The notes under the pieces were generated by a model. It ran no database searches. It worked only from the letters and a program-made list of their open reading frames with translations, and was not told where the DNA came from. Shown piece by piece: positions 43,961 to 54,756 of a stretch of DNA of 64,000 nt. Numbering within the stretch: the first letter of the stretch is position 1; each line of letters starts with the position of its first letter. The position numbers and the translations under genes are program-made. This DNA comes from Thermoproteota archaeon (GTDB taxonomy: Archaea; Korarchaeota; Korarchaeia; Korarchaeales; JAOZGB01). Location of the stretch: contig JAVCBU010000012.1 of assembly GCA_037917685.1 (NCBI GenBank), positions 224,001 to 288,000 of the forward strand, given 5' to 3'.

Positions 43961-44623
43961 ATGCCTAAGAAATTCAAGTGTATACAGCCCAGCTGGGATG
44001 ATTTACATAGCATAGCAGAAAAAGTGGCGGACAAGATAAAATCCTCAGGTTTCCAGCCGGATATGATTGTAGGGATCGCAAGAGGGGGATGGTTTCACGC
44101 AAGGGTACTATGCGATTTTCTCGGGGTAAAGGATCTGCTAAGCCTTAAAGTCGCACACTGGGGTATAACAGCGACTCCGGACAAGAAGGCGAAACTCATG
44201 TACCCATTTGAATTTGATCTCTCTGGAAGGAAGGTATTACTTGTAGATGACATCACAGATACAGGTGACAGTTTTATAGTAGCGAGGAAACATCTTGAAA
44301 AGCTTAAAGCAGACGAAATAAGATCAGCAGCCCTATATTACATTGTAGGTTCAAAGTTTAAACCAGACTATTATGGAGAAGCAATCGAATGGGTTTGGGT
44401 CATATTTCCCTGGAACTTCACAGAGGATATAATCAATATCTCAATGATGAGTCTAGAGGATGAGCCTCTAACAACTTCTGAACTTATTGAAAAACTAAAG
44501 AAAAACCATAACATTAAAATTACCCATGAAAAACTTGAGAAAATCCTCAAAGAAGGAGTAAGAAGAGGAAATCTAACCTTTAAGGATGGGAGGTGGTATC
44601 TTGCAAGAAAGGGTTCAAGCTGA
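43961..44623 (+). CDS. Purine phosphoribosyltransferase-family protein with C-terminal helical extension
   Basis: GIARGG, VLLVDDITDTGDS, PDYY, WVIFPW. Confidence 0.85.
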   Translation: MPKKFKCIQPSWDDLHSIAEKVADKIKSSGFQPDMIVGIARGGWFHARVLCDFLGVKDLLSLKVAHWGITATPDKKAKLMYPFEFDLSGRKVLLVDDITDTGDSFIVARKHLEKLKADEIRSAALYYIVGSKFKPDYYGEAIEWVWVIFPWNFTEDIINISMMSLEDEPLTTSELIEKLKKNHNIKITHEKLEKILKEGVRRGNLTFKDGRWYLARKGSS

Positions 44624-45473
44624 AATCGGGGTAATAGGCGGGAGTGGAATATATGAGATCGAGGGACTCCAGAATGTAAGAGAGATAAAAATAAAAACAC
44701 CATTCGGAAAACCTTCAGATTCATACATAATAGGCGAGTTAGAAGGTATAAAAATAGCTTTCCTGCCAAGACACGGCAGAGGACATAGAATGCTCCCATC
44801 AGAAATAAATTATAGAGCCAATATTCTAGGCTTCAAGATGCTTGGCGTCACACAAATAATATCGATCAGTGCTGTAGGAAGCATGAAAAAAGAGATAGAG
44901 CCTCTTAGCATAGTAATACCTGATCAGCTATTTGACAGAACAAAGATGAGAGTATCAACATTCTTTGGGAATGGAATAGTAGCACACATAGCATTTGATA
45001 AACCATTCTGTCCGGCTCTAAGCAGGCTACTATATAAAGCCGCTTCGGAGCTTAACCTAAAAGTACATTTAGGAGGAACATATATCTGCATAGAAGGCCC
45101 CCAATTTTCCACAAAGGCGGAATCAAGGATTTATAGACAGTGGGGGGTAGACATTATAGGGATGACGGCGATCCCAGAGGCAAAACTCGCAAGGGAAGCT
45201 GAGATTTGCTACGCCACGCTAGCACTGGTAACAGACTACGATGTATGGTACGAAGGAGAAGAAGTGACCGCTGAGATGGTAATGGAAAATATGAAAAAGA
45301 ATGTAGAGAATGCCAAAAAGATTCTAAGGGAAGCTGTGAAAATGCTACCCTATGATGGAAGCCGATGCACGTGCAGAAGCACCTTGAAAAACTCTATAGT
45401 CACAGACCCAGCAAAGATAAACAAAGAAACCCTCGAGAAACTTGCACCTTTAATCTCAAAATACATAAAATAG
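44601..45473 (+). CDS. mtnP: S-methyl-5'-thioadenosine phosphorylase
   Basis: IGVIGGSG, TPFGKPS, PRHG..H...P, EGPQFSTKAES, GMT..PEA.LARE, VTDYD. Confidence 0.92.
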   Translation: MQERVQAEIGVIGGSGIYEIEGLQNVREIKIKTPFGKPSDSYIIGELEGIKIAFLPRHGRGHRMLPSEINYRANILGFKMLGVTQIISISAVGSMKKEIEPLSIVIPDQLFDRTKMRVSTFFGNGIVAHIAFDKPFCPALSRLLYKAASELNLKVHLGGTYICIEGPQFSTKAESRIYRQWGVDIIGMTAIPEAKLAREAEICYATLALVTDYDVWYEGEEVTAEMVMENMKKNVENAKKILREAVKMLPYDGSRCTCRSTLKNSIVTDPAKINKETLEKLAPLISKYIK

Positions 45474-45504
45474 GTTTGAGACAGAATTAACAGGGAGGTT
45501 TCGG

Positions 45505-46806
45505 TTGAACACGGTTAAGGTGCATGGATGGGTAGAGTCAATTAGGATTCTAAAAAATGTTAAGTTTATAGTGTTAAGAAACTGGAATGGCAAAATACAG
45601 TTAACTATTAAGAGGAATGAAGCTCCAACCGAGGTTTGGGAATTAGTAGACAGACTTACAAGAGAATCTGTTATCGAAGCTGAAGGTGAACAGGTATTAG
45701 AAAAGGTTGCAAAGGTAGACGCTGAAGTTAAGCCGAAAAGAATAAAGATACTTAGCTTAGCACAGACACCCCTACCCCTTGATCCATCCCTTCCAGTGGA
45801 CACCGGCGACCCAAACATAGAAATCAAGGAGCCTAAAACCCTTTTCAGCACAAGATTCAAACACAGGAGCCTCGACCTAAGAAATCCAAGAAACCAAGCA
45901 ATATTCAAGGTACAAGCAGCACTAGTCGAAGGAATGGAAGAATGGCTTAATAGAAAAGGATTTCTCAGAGTATTTACCCCCCTAATAATAGGAGCACCAT
46001 CTGAGGGGGGTGCTGAGGTTTTTAAAGTAAACTACTTCGGGAGAGAAGCATTCCTAAGACAGGACCCGCAATTACATAGGCAACTTACAATAGCAGGCGG
46101 GTTCGAGAAAATATATGACCTTGGTACAAGCTGGAGAGCTGAAAAGAGCCACACTAGGAGACACATATGTGAATTTAGATCATGTGCTGTAGAAATGGCG
46201 TTTATAAAAGATGAAACGGATGTGGAGAGAATAGAAGCTGAAATTGTTAAGGCTGGTATAAAAAAAGCATTAGAGAAATGTGAAAGAGAATTCAAAATAC
46301 TCAACGTCGAACCTGAAATACCAAAAACACCATTCCCTGAACTTAGGTTTCCAGAAATCTATGAAATTCTGAGGGGATACGGCAAAAAAATCCCATACGG
46401 TGAAAATTACGACGAGGAATCGGAGGAGATTCTATGGCACTATGTAAAAGAGAACTATGATACAGACTTCTTCTTTGTGAACAGGTTTCCTTTCAAGGCT
46501 AAACCTTTCTATGTAATGAAGGCTGATGATACGTGGGCGAGAAGCATCGATCTAATATATAAAGGCCTAGAATTAAGTTCAGGCGGACAGAGAGAGCATA
46601 GGTATCACGTGCTTATTTCCCAGATAAAGGAGAAACAGTTAAACCCTAAGCTTCTAGAATGGTTCACAGATCCGTTCAAGTACGGAGTTCCACCACATGG
46701 AGGCTTTGCAGTTGGAATAGAGAGATTAACAATGCAACTGCTAAACCTGTATAATATAAGAGATGCAACCTTGTATCCTAGGGACCCTGAAAGATCGATA
46801 CCATAA
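45505..46806 (+). CDS. aspS: Aspartyl-tRNA synthetase (archaeal type)
   Basis: OB-fold N-terminus, R.LDLR, EGGAEVF, RAEKSHTRRH, ELSSGGQREH, PPHGGF..G.ER. Confidence 0.9.
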   Translation: MNTVKVHGWVESIRILKNVKFIVLRNWNGKIQLTIKRNEAPTEVWELVDRLTRESVIEAEGEQVLEKVAKVDAEVKPKRIKILSLAQTPLPLDPSLPVDTGDPNIEIKEPKTLFSTRFKHRSLDLRNPRNQAIFKVQAALVEGMEEWLNRKGFLRVFTPLIIGAPSEGGAEVFKVNYFGREAFLRQDPQLHRQLTIAGGFEKIYDLGTSWRAEKSHTRRHICEFRSCAVEMAFIKDETDVERIEAEIVKAGIKKALEKCEREFKILNVEPEIPKTPFPELRFPEIYEILRGYGKKIPYGENYDEESEEILWHYVKENYDTDFFFVNRFPFKAKPFYVMKADDTWARSIDLIYKGLELSSGGQREHRYHVLISQIKEKQLNPKLLEWFTDPFKYGVPPHGGFAVGIERLTMQLLNLYNIRDATLYPRDPERSIP

Positions 46807-46845
46807 ATTTAAATAAGCCCTATTCATCCTTAAGCCCATGAGGCG

Positions 46846-48030
46846 ATGAAACATTTGGAACAAGACTTCAGGGAACTTTCAGCCCTTGAGATACTAAGGG
46901 AAATGAAAGATTCAACTAGAATGATGGTTGGCTTGGCCTACGCCTCAGTCCTATATAATAATGTAGAAATAGCAAAGGAGGTACTAGAAACCGAGAAGGA
47001 GATAGACAAATTATCATACGAACTTGCGGTAAAGCTTATCGTTGCAGGAAAGGGTATGAAAGCAGCTCAAGAACTTGCAAGTCTAATTGAAGTGGGAACG
47101 GCTGTAAACATGATATCCGATTCTGCTGCAGAAATCGCACATCTCACAAGCATGGGAATGCCCATCCCAAACGTGGTTAAAGAAGTGTTTTACAGATCCG
47201 AAGAGGTAATTGGCATGGTAACTGTAGGTGAGGGAGCACATATAATAGGTAGAAAGATCGAAGAGCTTAGGGAAGATCCAGCTATATTGGAAGGATGCGA
47301 CATTTTAGCTGTTAAGAGGGGAAGGTGGATTTTTGATCTAGACCCCGGATTTGCGATTAGAAAAGGAGACATACTTCTACTAGAAGGTACCAGAGAGGGG
47401 ATCGAAGCATTGAGAGGGGTTAGAGTTGAAACGCCTCCCCCCGGAGAGGAAATAAAAAGAGAGGCTAAAAACCTTAGAAATTATCTGCTCACATTAAAGT
47501 CTATCTCAGAGCTAATGGTTGACTTAGCCTACACCGCTGTATTGCTGTGGAATAAAACAATAGCTAAAGAGGTGGAAAGACTCGAAGAGGAAGTGGATAA
47601 GCTCCACCTTGAATATGAAACATATGTAATTTCAGCACTTTCTGGAATAGAAGATTCAAGAAGTATAGTTACTCTGCTAAGACTCGGGGTATCAGCTGAA
47701 AATATAGCTGACGCAGCTTATAAGATGGCTGAACTTGTGAAAATGGGCGTTGAACCTCACCCGATATTTGAAGAAGCTATCGAGAAGTCAGAGGAGACCA
47801 TAGTAAAACTTAGAGTTCAGCCATGGTCCCCAGCGGTTGGGCTAAAGCTTTACGAGCTGTCTCTCGAAGAAGAAACTGGTATGAAAATAGTTGCGATTAA
47901 AAGAGGGAATCTATGGATCTACAATCCTAAGCCGTCTATACGGCTGGGTGAAAACGATCTTATAATAGCTGTCGGCCCCCCAGCAGGAGTGGAAGCTGCA
48001 ATAAAGCTTATCGGAGCTGTTGAAGAGTGA
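46846..48030 (+). CDS. PhoU / TrkA-C (RCK_C) tandem-domain regulator
   Basis: Two repeats of MVxLAY...E.E.D.L PhoU helices, each followed by an IxAIKRG TrkA-C domain. Confidence 0.8.
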   Translation: MKHLEQDFRELSALEILREMKDSTRMMVGLAYASVLYNNVEIAKEVLETEKEIDKLSYELAVKLIVAGKGMKAAQELASLIEVGTAVNMISDSAAEIAHLTSMGMPIPNVVKEVFYRSEEVIGMVTVGEGAHIIGRKIEELREDPAILEGCDILAVKRGRWIFDLDPGFAIRKGDILLLEGTREGIEALRGVRVETPPPGEEIKREAKNLRNYLLTLKSISELMVDLAYTAVLLWNKTIAKEVERLEEEVDKLHLEYETYVISALSGIEDSRSIVTLLRLGVSAENIADAAYKMAELVKMGVEPHPIFEEAIEKSEETIVKLRVQPWSPAVGLKLYELSLEEETGMKIVAIKRGNLWIYNPKPSIRLGENDLIIAVGPPAGVEAAIKLIGAVEE

Positions 48031-48998
48031 AAATAGGCCAGCTTGGGGAATTAAAAGTAAGAAAGCTTATCATTGATGCCTTGAAAAGGCCTGGTAAAGA
48101 ATTGTTAAGAATGGGGTTAGATGATGCTTCAGCCGTAAAATGTAAGGAAAGAATACTTGTAGTCAACATTGACAGCTTCGTCGAATCAACTGATAAGCCA
48201 CCATGTATGGAATGGAATCACGTGGGGAGAAAAGCTGTTATAGGTGCTTTAAGCGATCTAGTCGCAAAGGGAGTTAAACCATGCTATGCCGTTGTTTCAC
48301 TATGCCTTCCAGCAGAGTTTGAGGTAGAAAATCTGAAATTAATATTGGATGGATTTAATATTGCAGCTAAAGAATCAGGCTGTAAAATAATAGGGGGGGA
48401 CATAAACAATTCAAAAGATGTTGTTATTACCATCACCGCATTAGCATTTGCCAAGCCAAAAGATCTGATTCCTAGAAGCGGAACAAAGCATGGAGACCTT
48501 GTAGCTGTTACAGGTGAGTTTGGGTGGACATATTTAGGCCTAAGGGTTGCATTTGGAATGGTAGACCTGCCTGAACCCTATAGACAAATAGCTATTGACT
48601 GGGTGAATAAACCAAGACTCCATTTAGTGGAAGGACTTCTCCTTTCAGAGCACAGACTCGCAGTTTCATGTATTGATAGCAGCGATGGTTTAGCAGCATC
48701 ATTATATGAACTTTCTATGGCTTCAGGAGTTGGATTTAAAGTTGAACACCTTCCCATAGATAGAAAACTTATAGAAGCAATGGAGATCTCAGGGCTGAAC
48801 ATTGAAGAAGCAGTATTTTATGGTGGGGAGGAGTATAACCTAGTATTTACTACTAAGCCCAGCATGAAAAACCTGGTAGAAGAGATTTTTGGAAAATACG
48901 GTTTGAAAGTTTACTGGATAGGAAGAGCCGTGGAAAATGAAGGGGTATGGTACAGGAATAAGAAGCTTAAATATGGGTGGGAACACTTCAAGAGCTAA
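48027..48998 (+). CDS. thiL: Thiamine-monophosphate kinase
   Basis: LGE, DDA, SDLVAKG, IIGGD, IDSSDGL, GGEEY.LVFT, GWEHF. Confidence 0.9.
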   Translation: MKIGQLGELKVRKLIIDALKRPGKELLRMGLDDASAVKCKERILVVNIDSFVESTDKPPCMEWNHVGRKAVIGALSDLVAKGVKPCYAVVSLCLPAEFEVENLKLILDGFNIAAKESGCKIIGGDINNSKDVVITITALAFAKPKDLIPRSGTKHGDLVAVTGEFGWTYLGLRVAFGMVDLPEPYRQIAIDWVNKPRLHLVEGLLLSEHRLAVSCIDSSDGLAASLYELSMASGVGFKVEHLPIDRKLIEAMEISGLNIEEAVFYGGEEYNLVFTTKPSMKNLVEEIFGKYGLKVYWIGRAVENEGVWYRNKKLKYGWEHFKS

Positions 48999-49902
48999 GT
49001 AAATCCGAAACTTTGAGGAAGGTAAGTTCTTCCCCTATAATCTTTTCGATCATCCGCTTAACCTCCATGGGAGACTTCGCCTTAACCGTAGCTCCAGCAG
49101 CTGCAGAGTGGCCTCCTCCACCGAGCTTTGCAGCGATCTCAGAACAGTCTATGCTGTCGTCTCCTCTACCTATAGAGATACTCCACTCGTTAGGTGAGAC
49201 CCTTCTAACAGTAAACATGAGTTTGAAGCCCCTAAGCTGGAGATGCCAAAGCATCATTCTGGCAAAAACTAAACCATGTTTATCAATGTATATGAATGGA
49301 ATAGTGTCATCTGGAATACGTAGTGCAGCCTTTTCTGAGTTTTCCCTTCTATTCTTACCATTTTCCATAAATTTTCGGACTACGGGCTGCTCTAATGCTT
49401 TGAGTCCTTGTTCTGCGAAGAGTTTAACAAGCAACAGCCTGCCCTCTCGATTTGAGCCCTTAACAGCATCGTAAACCTTCCACGCGACTTCATCCCTTAT
49501 ACTGGCTGTATCTGTTTGAGTAGCTATTTTAGCAAATTTTCTGGCAACCTCGTCGTTTTCTAACTTCAAAGCTTTCAATACGAGAACAGCTGCGCAAGGA
49601 GCTAACGGATCGTAGACGTATTTTTTGGTGCATGGTTTGTTAGTTTTATGATGGTCTACCCATAGTTTGGCGCGTTTTGGACACGGGAGGTCTGCAACAA
49701 TATCCCATTGGACAAGATTGTAGAGGTTTAACAAGCCTCCTCTCTGGATTTCATAGGGCTCAGCTAGTTCTATTTCGGCATCTCTGAATTTCCTTAGGGC
49801 TATAGCGGCGGATAGTATCCCATCCGCATCACCACTGTGCGACAGAACCAGAGGTTTCTGCCTTAGCTTTGAAACCAGCCATAGTTTAACAAGTCTTTTC
49901 AT
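48988..49902 (-). CDS. DHH/DHHA1 family phosphoesterase
   Basis: H.GDADG, DLP, DHH, GGGHSAAAG. Confidence 0.88.
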   Translation of the reverse strand: MKRLVKLWLVSKLRQKPLVLSHSGDADGILSAAIALRKFRDAEIELAEPYEIQRGGLLNLYNLVQWDIVADLPCPKRAKLWVDHHKTNKPCTKKYVYDPLAPCAAVLVLKALKLENDEVARKFAKIATQTDTASIRDEVAWKVYDAVKGSNREGRLLLVKLFAEQGLKALEQPVVRKFMENGKNRRENSEKAALRIPDDTIPFIYIDKHGLVFARMMLWHLQLRGFKLMFTVRRVSPNEWSISIGRGDDSIDCSEIAAKLGGGGHSAAAGATVKAKSPMEVKRMIEKIIGEELTFLKVSDLLSS

Positions 49903-50533
49903 ACCTTTCTATAATTCGAGGTATTTTATAGAACTCACTTTTAGCAAGTTTGACGTCAGCGTTCGGATACTCTCTGTCACCTCCTGCTAGGGCTATTTTA
50001 AGACCAGCGCTCTCAAAGAGGTCTTGAGGCTCATCACCTATGGCAACTACGCTTGTGGGATTCAGCGATAACTTGCGACATAGCTTTTCGAAGGCGAGCC
50101 ATTTCCCTGGATATGGAACCCTTACTTTGACGTCTCCCGTTATAACTCCATTATGAACTAAGAGGCTGTTGGAGACCTGGAAGTCAAATCCTAACTCTCT
50201 CTTAACCCTCTTAGCTAGTACATCCAGGCCGGCTGTTATTAGAGCGAGTTTATAACCCATTGATCTAAGCTTACTAATGACTTCGATTACACCGGGATTG
50301 TAGGAAACATTATCTATGATTTCTCTAACCTTGCTGATAGAGACTCCTTTCCAAAGGGAAGCGTCGAGTAATGCCCATTCCTCATAGTCTATTAGTCCTT
50401 TCTTGAATAGTTTTCGATGATACTCTCCCCACTCCCACGTACCTAGGTTTTTATGAAGATATTCCCATATGCTTTTTTCTTCAACTATTGTACCGTCGAG
50501 GTCAAACACTACCAGGTTAAATTTTCTCCGCAT
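49886..50533 (-). CDS. HAD-IB family phosphatase (phosphoserine phosphatase-like)
   Basis: FDLDGT, SIWEYLH, ITAG, K, AIGD. Confidence 0.8.
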   Translation of the reverse strand: MRRKFNLVVFDLDGTIVEEKSIWEYLHKNLGTWEWGEYHRKLFKKGLIDYEEWALLDASLWKGVSISKVREIIDNVSYNPGVIEVISKLRSMGYKLALITAGLDVLAKRVKRELGFDFQVSNSLLVHNGVITGDVKVRVPYPGKWLAFEKLCRKLSLNPTSVVAIGDEPQDLFESAGLKIALAGGDREYPNADVKLAKSEFYKIPRIIERYEKTC

Positions 50534-50542
50534 GTCTCTATT

Positions 50543-51895
50543 TTACTCTGGAGGAGGTGGTATAAATCTCTTTTCCATTAAGAGTTTGACGCTTTCTCTC
50601 GCCCTTCTTATAATGCTTTCAGCCCTCTCATATAGTTCACTTCTGGACAGATTTAGCCTTGCTACACCTTGCTCTATAGCCTTAAGCCCAACTGCAACAG
50701 CTTCTTTTGGATAAACCTCCCATTCCTCCATTGTAGGAACAATATAGTCTTCGCTTATGCCTTTCTCTCTGGCGTATTCCGCTAGGGATTCAGCTGCTGC
50801 TATACACATCTCATCGGTTATCGTTTTAGCTCTGACATCAAGAGCTCCTCTAAAGATACCTGGAAATCCGAGACTATTATTTATCTGGTTTGGGAAGTCT
50901 GAACGCCCTGTTGCAACTATTCTCGCACCAGCCTCCTTCGCCTCCCACGGCCATATCTCAGGAATTGGGTTTGCCTCTGCGAATACTATGGCATCATCCG
51001 CCATAGCTCTGACCCATTCTTTTTTAATCACTCCAGGTCCGGGTTTGGAAGCCGCTATAACTACGTCCACACCTTTCATAGCCTCCGCTATGCCTCCTAT
51101 TCTACCCTCCCCGTTGGATTCCATGCATATTTGCCACTTTATAGGTTCTTTCTCCCTAAGCTGGTCAATATCTTCTCTATTCTTATGTAAGATTCCTTTT
51201 CTATCCACCATGAAAACATTTTCAGGCTTAACACCTGCCGACTTTAAAAGCCTGTAAATTGCAACATTTGCAGCCCCAGCCCCTACCATGGCTATCAGGA
51301 TATCGCTCATTTTCTTCCCAACGATGAATAAGGCATTTATTAAACCAGCAAGGGTTATCGCTGCTGTTCCCTGCTGATCATCATGCCAAACCGGTATTTC
51401 AAGTTCCTTTCTCAAAGTATCAAGGATGTAGAAACATTTGGGTTTGGCGATATCCTCGAGGTTTATCCCGCCAAAGCTTGGTTGTATCCACTTGACAGCT
51501 GTAATAATTTCGTCGGGGTCTTTTGTATCTAGACATATCGGAAAAGCATCCACCCCTCCCAGGTATTTGAAGAGTAGAGCTTTCCCCTCCATCACCGGCA
51601 TCGCAGCTTCTGGCCCTATATCACCTAACCCTAGAACTCTTGTTCCATCACTAACTACGGCCACGGTATTCCACCTGTTTGTGTACTCATACACTAACTC
51701 CTTATTCTTAGCAATGGCTTTACAGGGCTCTGCTACCCCAGGGGTATACCAGATAGCGAAGTCACTCATATCCCTGACGACGCATTTTGATATGACTTCT
51801 ATTTTCCCCTTGTAGAAGGGGTGAAACTTCATAGCCAGTTTTGAGGGTAGTTCAGCCTTTTTCAGAAGTTCTTCAACGGTTTTTTCATCCGACAT
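50543..51895 (-). CDS. NAD(P)-dependent malic enzyme
   Basis: YTPGVA, SDGTRVLGLGDIG, GGINLEDI, HDDQQGTA, ANP.PEI, TGRSDFPNQINN. Confidence 0.93.
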   Translation of the reverse strand: MSDEKTVEELLKKAELPSKLAMKFHPFYKGKIEVISKCVVRDMSDFAIWYTPGVAEPCKAIAKNKELVYEYTNRWNTVAVVSDGTRVLGLGDIGPEAAMPVMEGKALLFKYLGGVDAFPICLDTKDPDEIITAVKWIQPSFGGINLEDIAKPKCFYILDTLRKELEIPVWHDDQQGTAAITLAGLINALFIVGKKMSDILIAMVGAGAANVAIYRLLKSAGVKPENVFMVDRKGILHKNREDIDQLREKEPIKWQICMESNGEGRIGGIAEAMKGVDVVIAASKPGPGVIKKEWVRAMADDAIVFAEANPIPEIWPWEAKEAGARIVATGRSDFPNQINNSLGFPGIFRGALDVRAKTITDEMCIAAAESLAEYAREKGISEDYIVPTMEEWEVYPKEAVAVGLKAIEQGVARLNLSRSELYERAESIIRRARESVKLLMEKRFIPPPPE

Positions 51896-51976
51896 TTGGA
51901 TCAGTTTAACCTTGGAAAACAAAGGTTAAAAATATTTCCGAGACATGTGACGCATGTAACCCAACACTACTACACC

Positions 51977-52465
51977 TTATTGAATTCCCATGAAGGTTTT
52001 AAGCTCTTGAAAGGTGGAGACTTCCACTCCAAACAGGACAGTTTTTATCTTGGGGAATTTTGCTTTAACCTTAGCTATCATATCTGGATTATCATCTATA
52101 AACGCTATCTCTCCCTGTCTGAAATTTAGCCCTTTGTTTTTGAATTTATTAAGTATTTTATTGACCATGCGATCTTTTTCTGGATGGAATTCTATGACAG
52201 GATTTTGAAAATATCCTAGTATTTCAAACTTGTCTAAAAGTTGGATTGCGACAATAGGTTTATTCCAGCTTGCTAAAGATACGTATATTCCTAAGTCTTT
52301 ACATGTTCTTAAAAATTTTTTAACGCCACTATTAAGTTTCACAATAGTACCTTCTGAATCCACCATTTCATCATTTGAGCGTTTTTTAAATGGCGGTTTA
52401 AGGCTGGATGCATCTTCGTGATCCCATATAGTTTTATCAAGATCAAGAATTACCAGTTTAAGCAT
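51977..52465 (-). CDS. Magnesium-dependent phosphatase-1 (HAD IIIC)
   Basis: LDLDKTIWDH, ASWN, HP.K, FIDD. Confidence 0.85.
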   Translation of the reverse strand: MLKLVILDLDKTIWDHEDASSLKPPFKKRSNDEMVDSEGTIVKLNSGVKKFLRTCKDLGIYVSLASWNKPIVAIQLLDKFEILGYFQNPVIEFHPEKDRMVNKILNKFKNKGLNFRQGEIAFIDDNPDMIAKVKAKFPKIKTVLFGVEVSTFQELKTFMGIQ

Positions 52466-52514
52466 TAAGCTTAACACCTCTACATTCCCTATATATTTGG
52501 TGGGATGCTAACAT

Positions 52515-54218
52515 ATGACAAGGTTCAATGATCTAGCAGTTGTCAGTAGAAAAATATCAAAGCTGACGTCGAAGAAGGAAATGATTAGTGAGTTTTCAAA
52601 CTTTATTTCTAAACTTGACCCTGAGGATGTTAGGCGGTCTATTCTTATAGTTTCAGGCAGAATTTTCCCTCCTGGCGAAGATAGAGCCTTAGGTGTCAGC
52701 TGGGGGCTTATATGGAGGGCTTTGAGGGAGATTTCAGGGCTTAGCGATTCAGAACTCTATAATATAGTTTCAGGAAGCGTTGACATTGGGGAGGCTGCTA
52801 GAAGGGTTGTCTCCTCCTCAAAAAGAAGACTTACGACTCTTATCACTCCTAAACCGCTGACATTAGATGAAGTTTATGAAATTTTCAAAAAACTATCATC
52901 ACTGCAGGGGGAAGGATCGCAGCGAGATAAAAGGCTTTTATTGGTGGAGCTTTTTTCAAGGGCTTCACCAGATGAGGCTGAGATATTAGCCAAAAGCCTT
53001 GTTGGCGAAGTTAGAATCGGATTCCATGAAGGTTTAATGGTTGAAGCTGTTTCTGAAGCCTTCAGGATCCCTGTAGAAATAGTTAGAGAGAAAACTATGG
53101 CGACAGGCGACTTATCTTATGTTGCATATGTAGCTGCTTCTTCAGGTCTAAAAGGGGTATCTGGCATCACAATAGGAATCTACAAGCCTCTAAAGCCTAT
53201 GCTTGCATCTGACGTACAGTCTATAGAAGAGGCATTTAGGAAGGCGAAGGGAGAGAAACTTGCATTCGAATATAAATTCGACGGTGCCAGGGTACAGATA
53301 CATGTTGGGATAAATGGTGTCAGAATATATAGCAGGAGACTAAAGGACGTTACTGAAAGTTTACCCGATGTTGCCAAACAAGTTAAAGATGGGCTTAATC
53401 CAAAAGTGGAATGCATTCTAGATGGCGAAGCTGTAGCCATAGGTTCCGATGGAAAGCCCCTCCCCTTCCAACATGTCATGAGAAGATTCGGGCGAGAAAA
53501 GGAAGTAGTGAAGCTACTCGGGGAAATTCCAATGAAGCTGTACGTTTTTGACATATTATATCTGAACGGGACAAGCCTCACTAACACCCCTTACATCGAG
53601 AGAAGAGAACTCTTAGAAAAGGTATATCATGGGGGTCTTGTCGAGAAGATTGTATCTTCAGACATACCTACAATTAAATCATTTCTCGAAAAATCCGTTA
53701 AACTTGGAAATGAAGGTTTAATGGCAAAGAGAACCAGAAGCCCATATAGGGCGGGCTCCAGGGGATATATGTGGATGAAGATAAAACCAACATTACCCCA
53801 CTTGGATCTTGTGATTGTAGCTGCAGACAGGGGATATGGAAGAAGACATAAATGGCTCTCAAACTATCATTTAGCGGCGAGAGATGAAAAAACAGGGCGA
53901 TTCCTTGTCGTAGGGAAGACTTTTAAGGGTTTAACAGATGAAGAGTTTGAACAAATGACCAGGAGACTGCTAGAAATCGAAACAGGAAGGTTCGGATATA
54001 CTTTCAGGGTTAAACCGAAAGTAGTTGTCGAAGTTGCTTACAATGAGATCCAAAGAAGCCCCCACTACAAAAGCGGCTACGCATTAAGATTCGCGAGGAT
54101 AGTAGCTATAAGATGGGACAAGACAGCTGAAGAAGCTGATACGATCGAGAAAATCAAAAAAATATATCTAGACCAGTTTAAATACAAGTCTAGGGACGCC
54201 CTAGAGCAGTATCAATAA
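52515..54218 (+). CDS. lig: ATP-dependent DNA ligase
   Basis: PMLA, EYKFDGARVQIH, LDGE, FDILY, EGLMAK, WMKIK, ALRFAR. Confidence 0.95.
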   Translation: MTRFNDLAVVSRKISKLTSKKEMISEFSNFISKLDPEDVRRSILIVSGRIFPPGEDRALGVSWGLIWRALREISGLSDSELYNIVSGSVDIGEAARRVVSSSKRRLTTLITPKPLTLDEVYEIFKKLSSLQGEGSQRDKRLLLVELFSRASPDEAEILAKSLVGEVRIGFHEGLMVEAVSEAFRIPVEIVREKTMATGDLSYVAYVAASSGLKGVSGITIGIYKPLKPMLASDVQSIEEAFRKAKGEKLAFEYKFDGARVQIHVGINGVRIYSRRLKDVTESLPDVAKQVKDGLNPKVECILDGEAVAIGSDGKPLPFQHVMRRFGREKEVVKLLGEIPMKLYVFDILYLNGTSLTNTPYIERRELLEKVYHGGLVEKIVSSDIPTIKSFLEKSVKLGNEGLMAKRTRSPYRAGSRGYMWMKIKPTLPHLDLVIVAADRGYGRRHKWLSNYHLAARDEKTGRFLVVGKTFKGLTDEEFEQMTRRLLEIETGRFGYTFRVKPKVVVEVAYNEIQRSPHYKSGYALRFARIVAIRWDKTAEEADTIEKIKKIYLDQFKYKSRDALEQYQ

Positions 54219-54258
54219 AGGATAAATTTTATCTCATAAACTATGGATAAGGCATAAT

Positions 54259-54756
54259 GTGGAGAAAAGACTTATCTTTAGAGTATTAACGGCCATCCTT
54301 ACAGCTTGCATCCTTTTAGTTACAATATACTTGCATGGAGAGATGGAAAGCAGAATAGAAAACTTAACCCTGGAAGTTAACGAATACCAGGAGGTTCTTA
54401 ACGAAATAAATGACATCAAACTATTAGTTGAAAAATCGTATTACAACCCTCTAAAAATCAGAGGGGAATATTACGAGGAACCCCAGCTTGACATCTACTA
54501 TCTCTCCAGGGACGGGGAGCTGGCTAAGCAGAGATGTTCAGAGATCAATAGGACGATTAGGGTTAATCTTTATCCCCTAAGCAATATAACAAACGCCTAT
54601 AAACTTGTGAATTTTCTGGCAAAACTTGGTATAAGATATCCATTTGAATCGTATTCATGGGCTGTATTTAAGTATAAGGACGTAGTCGTATTTTTCAGGC
54701 TTGAAATGGTTGATGCGGAGGTGATCAAGGCATGTTTAAGAATTTACAAGCAATAG
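54259..54756 (+). CDS. Membrane-anchored hypothetical protein
   Basis: N-terminal TM plus coiled coil; resembles the downstream gene. Confidence 0.6.
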   Translation: MEKRLIFRVLTAILTACILLVTIYLHGEMESRIENLTLEVNEYQEVLNEINDIKLLVEKSYYNPLKIRGEYYEEPQLDIYYLSRDGELAKQRCSEINRTIRVNLYPLSNITNAYKLVNFLAKLGIRYPFESYSWAVFKYKDVVVFFRLEMVDAEVIKACLRIYKQ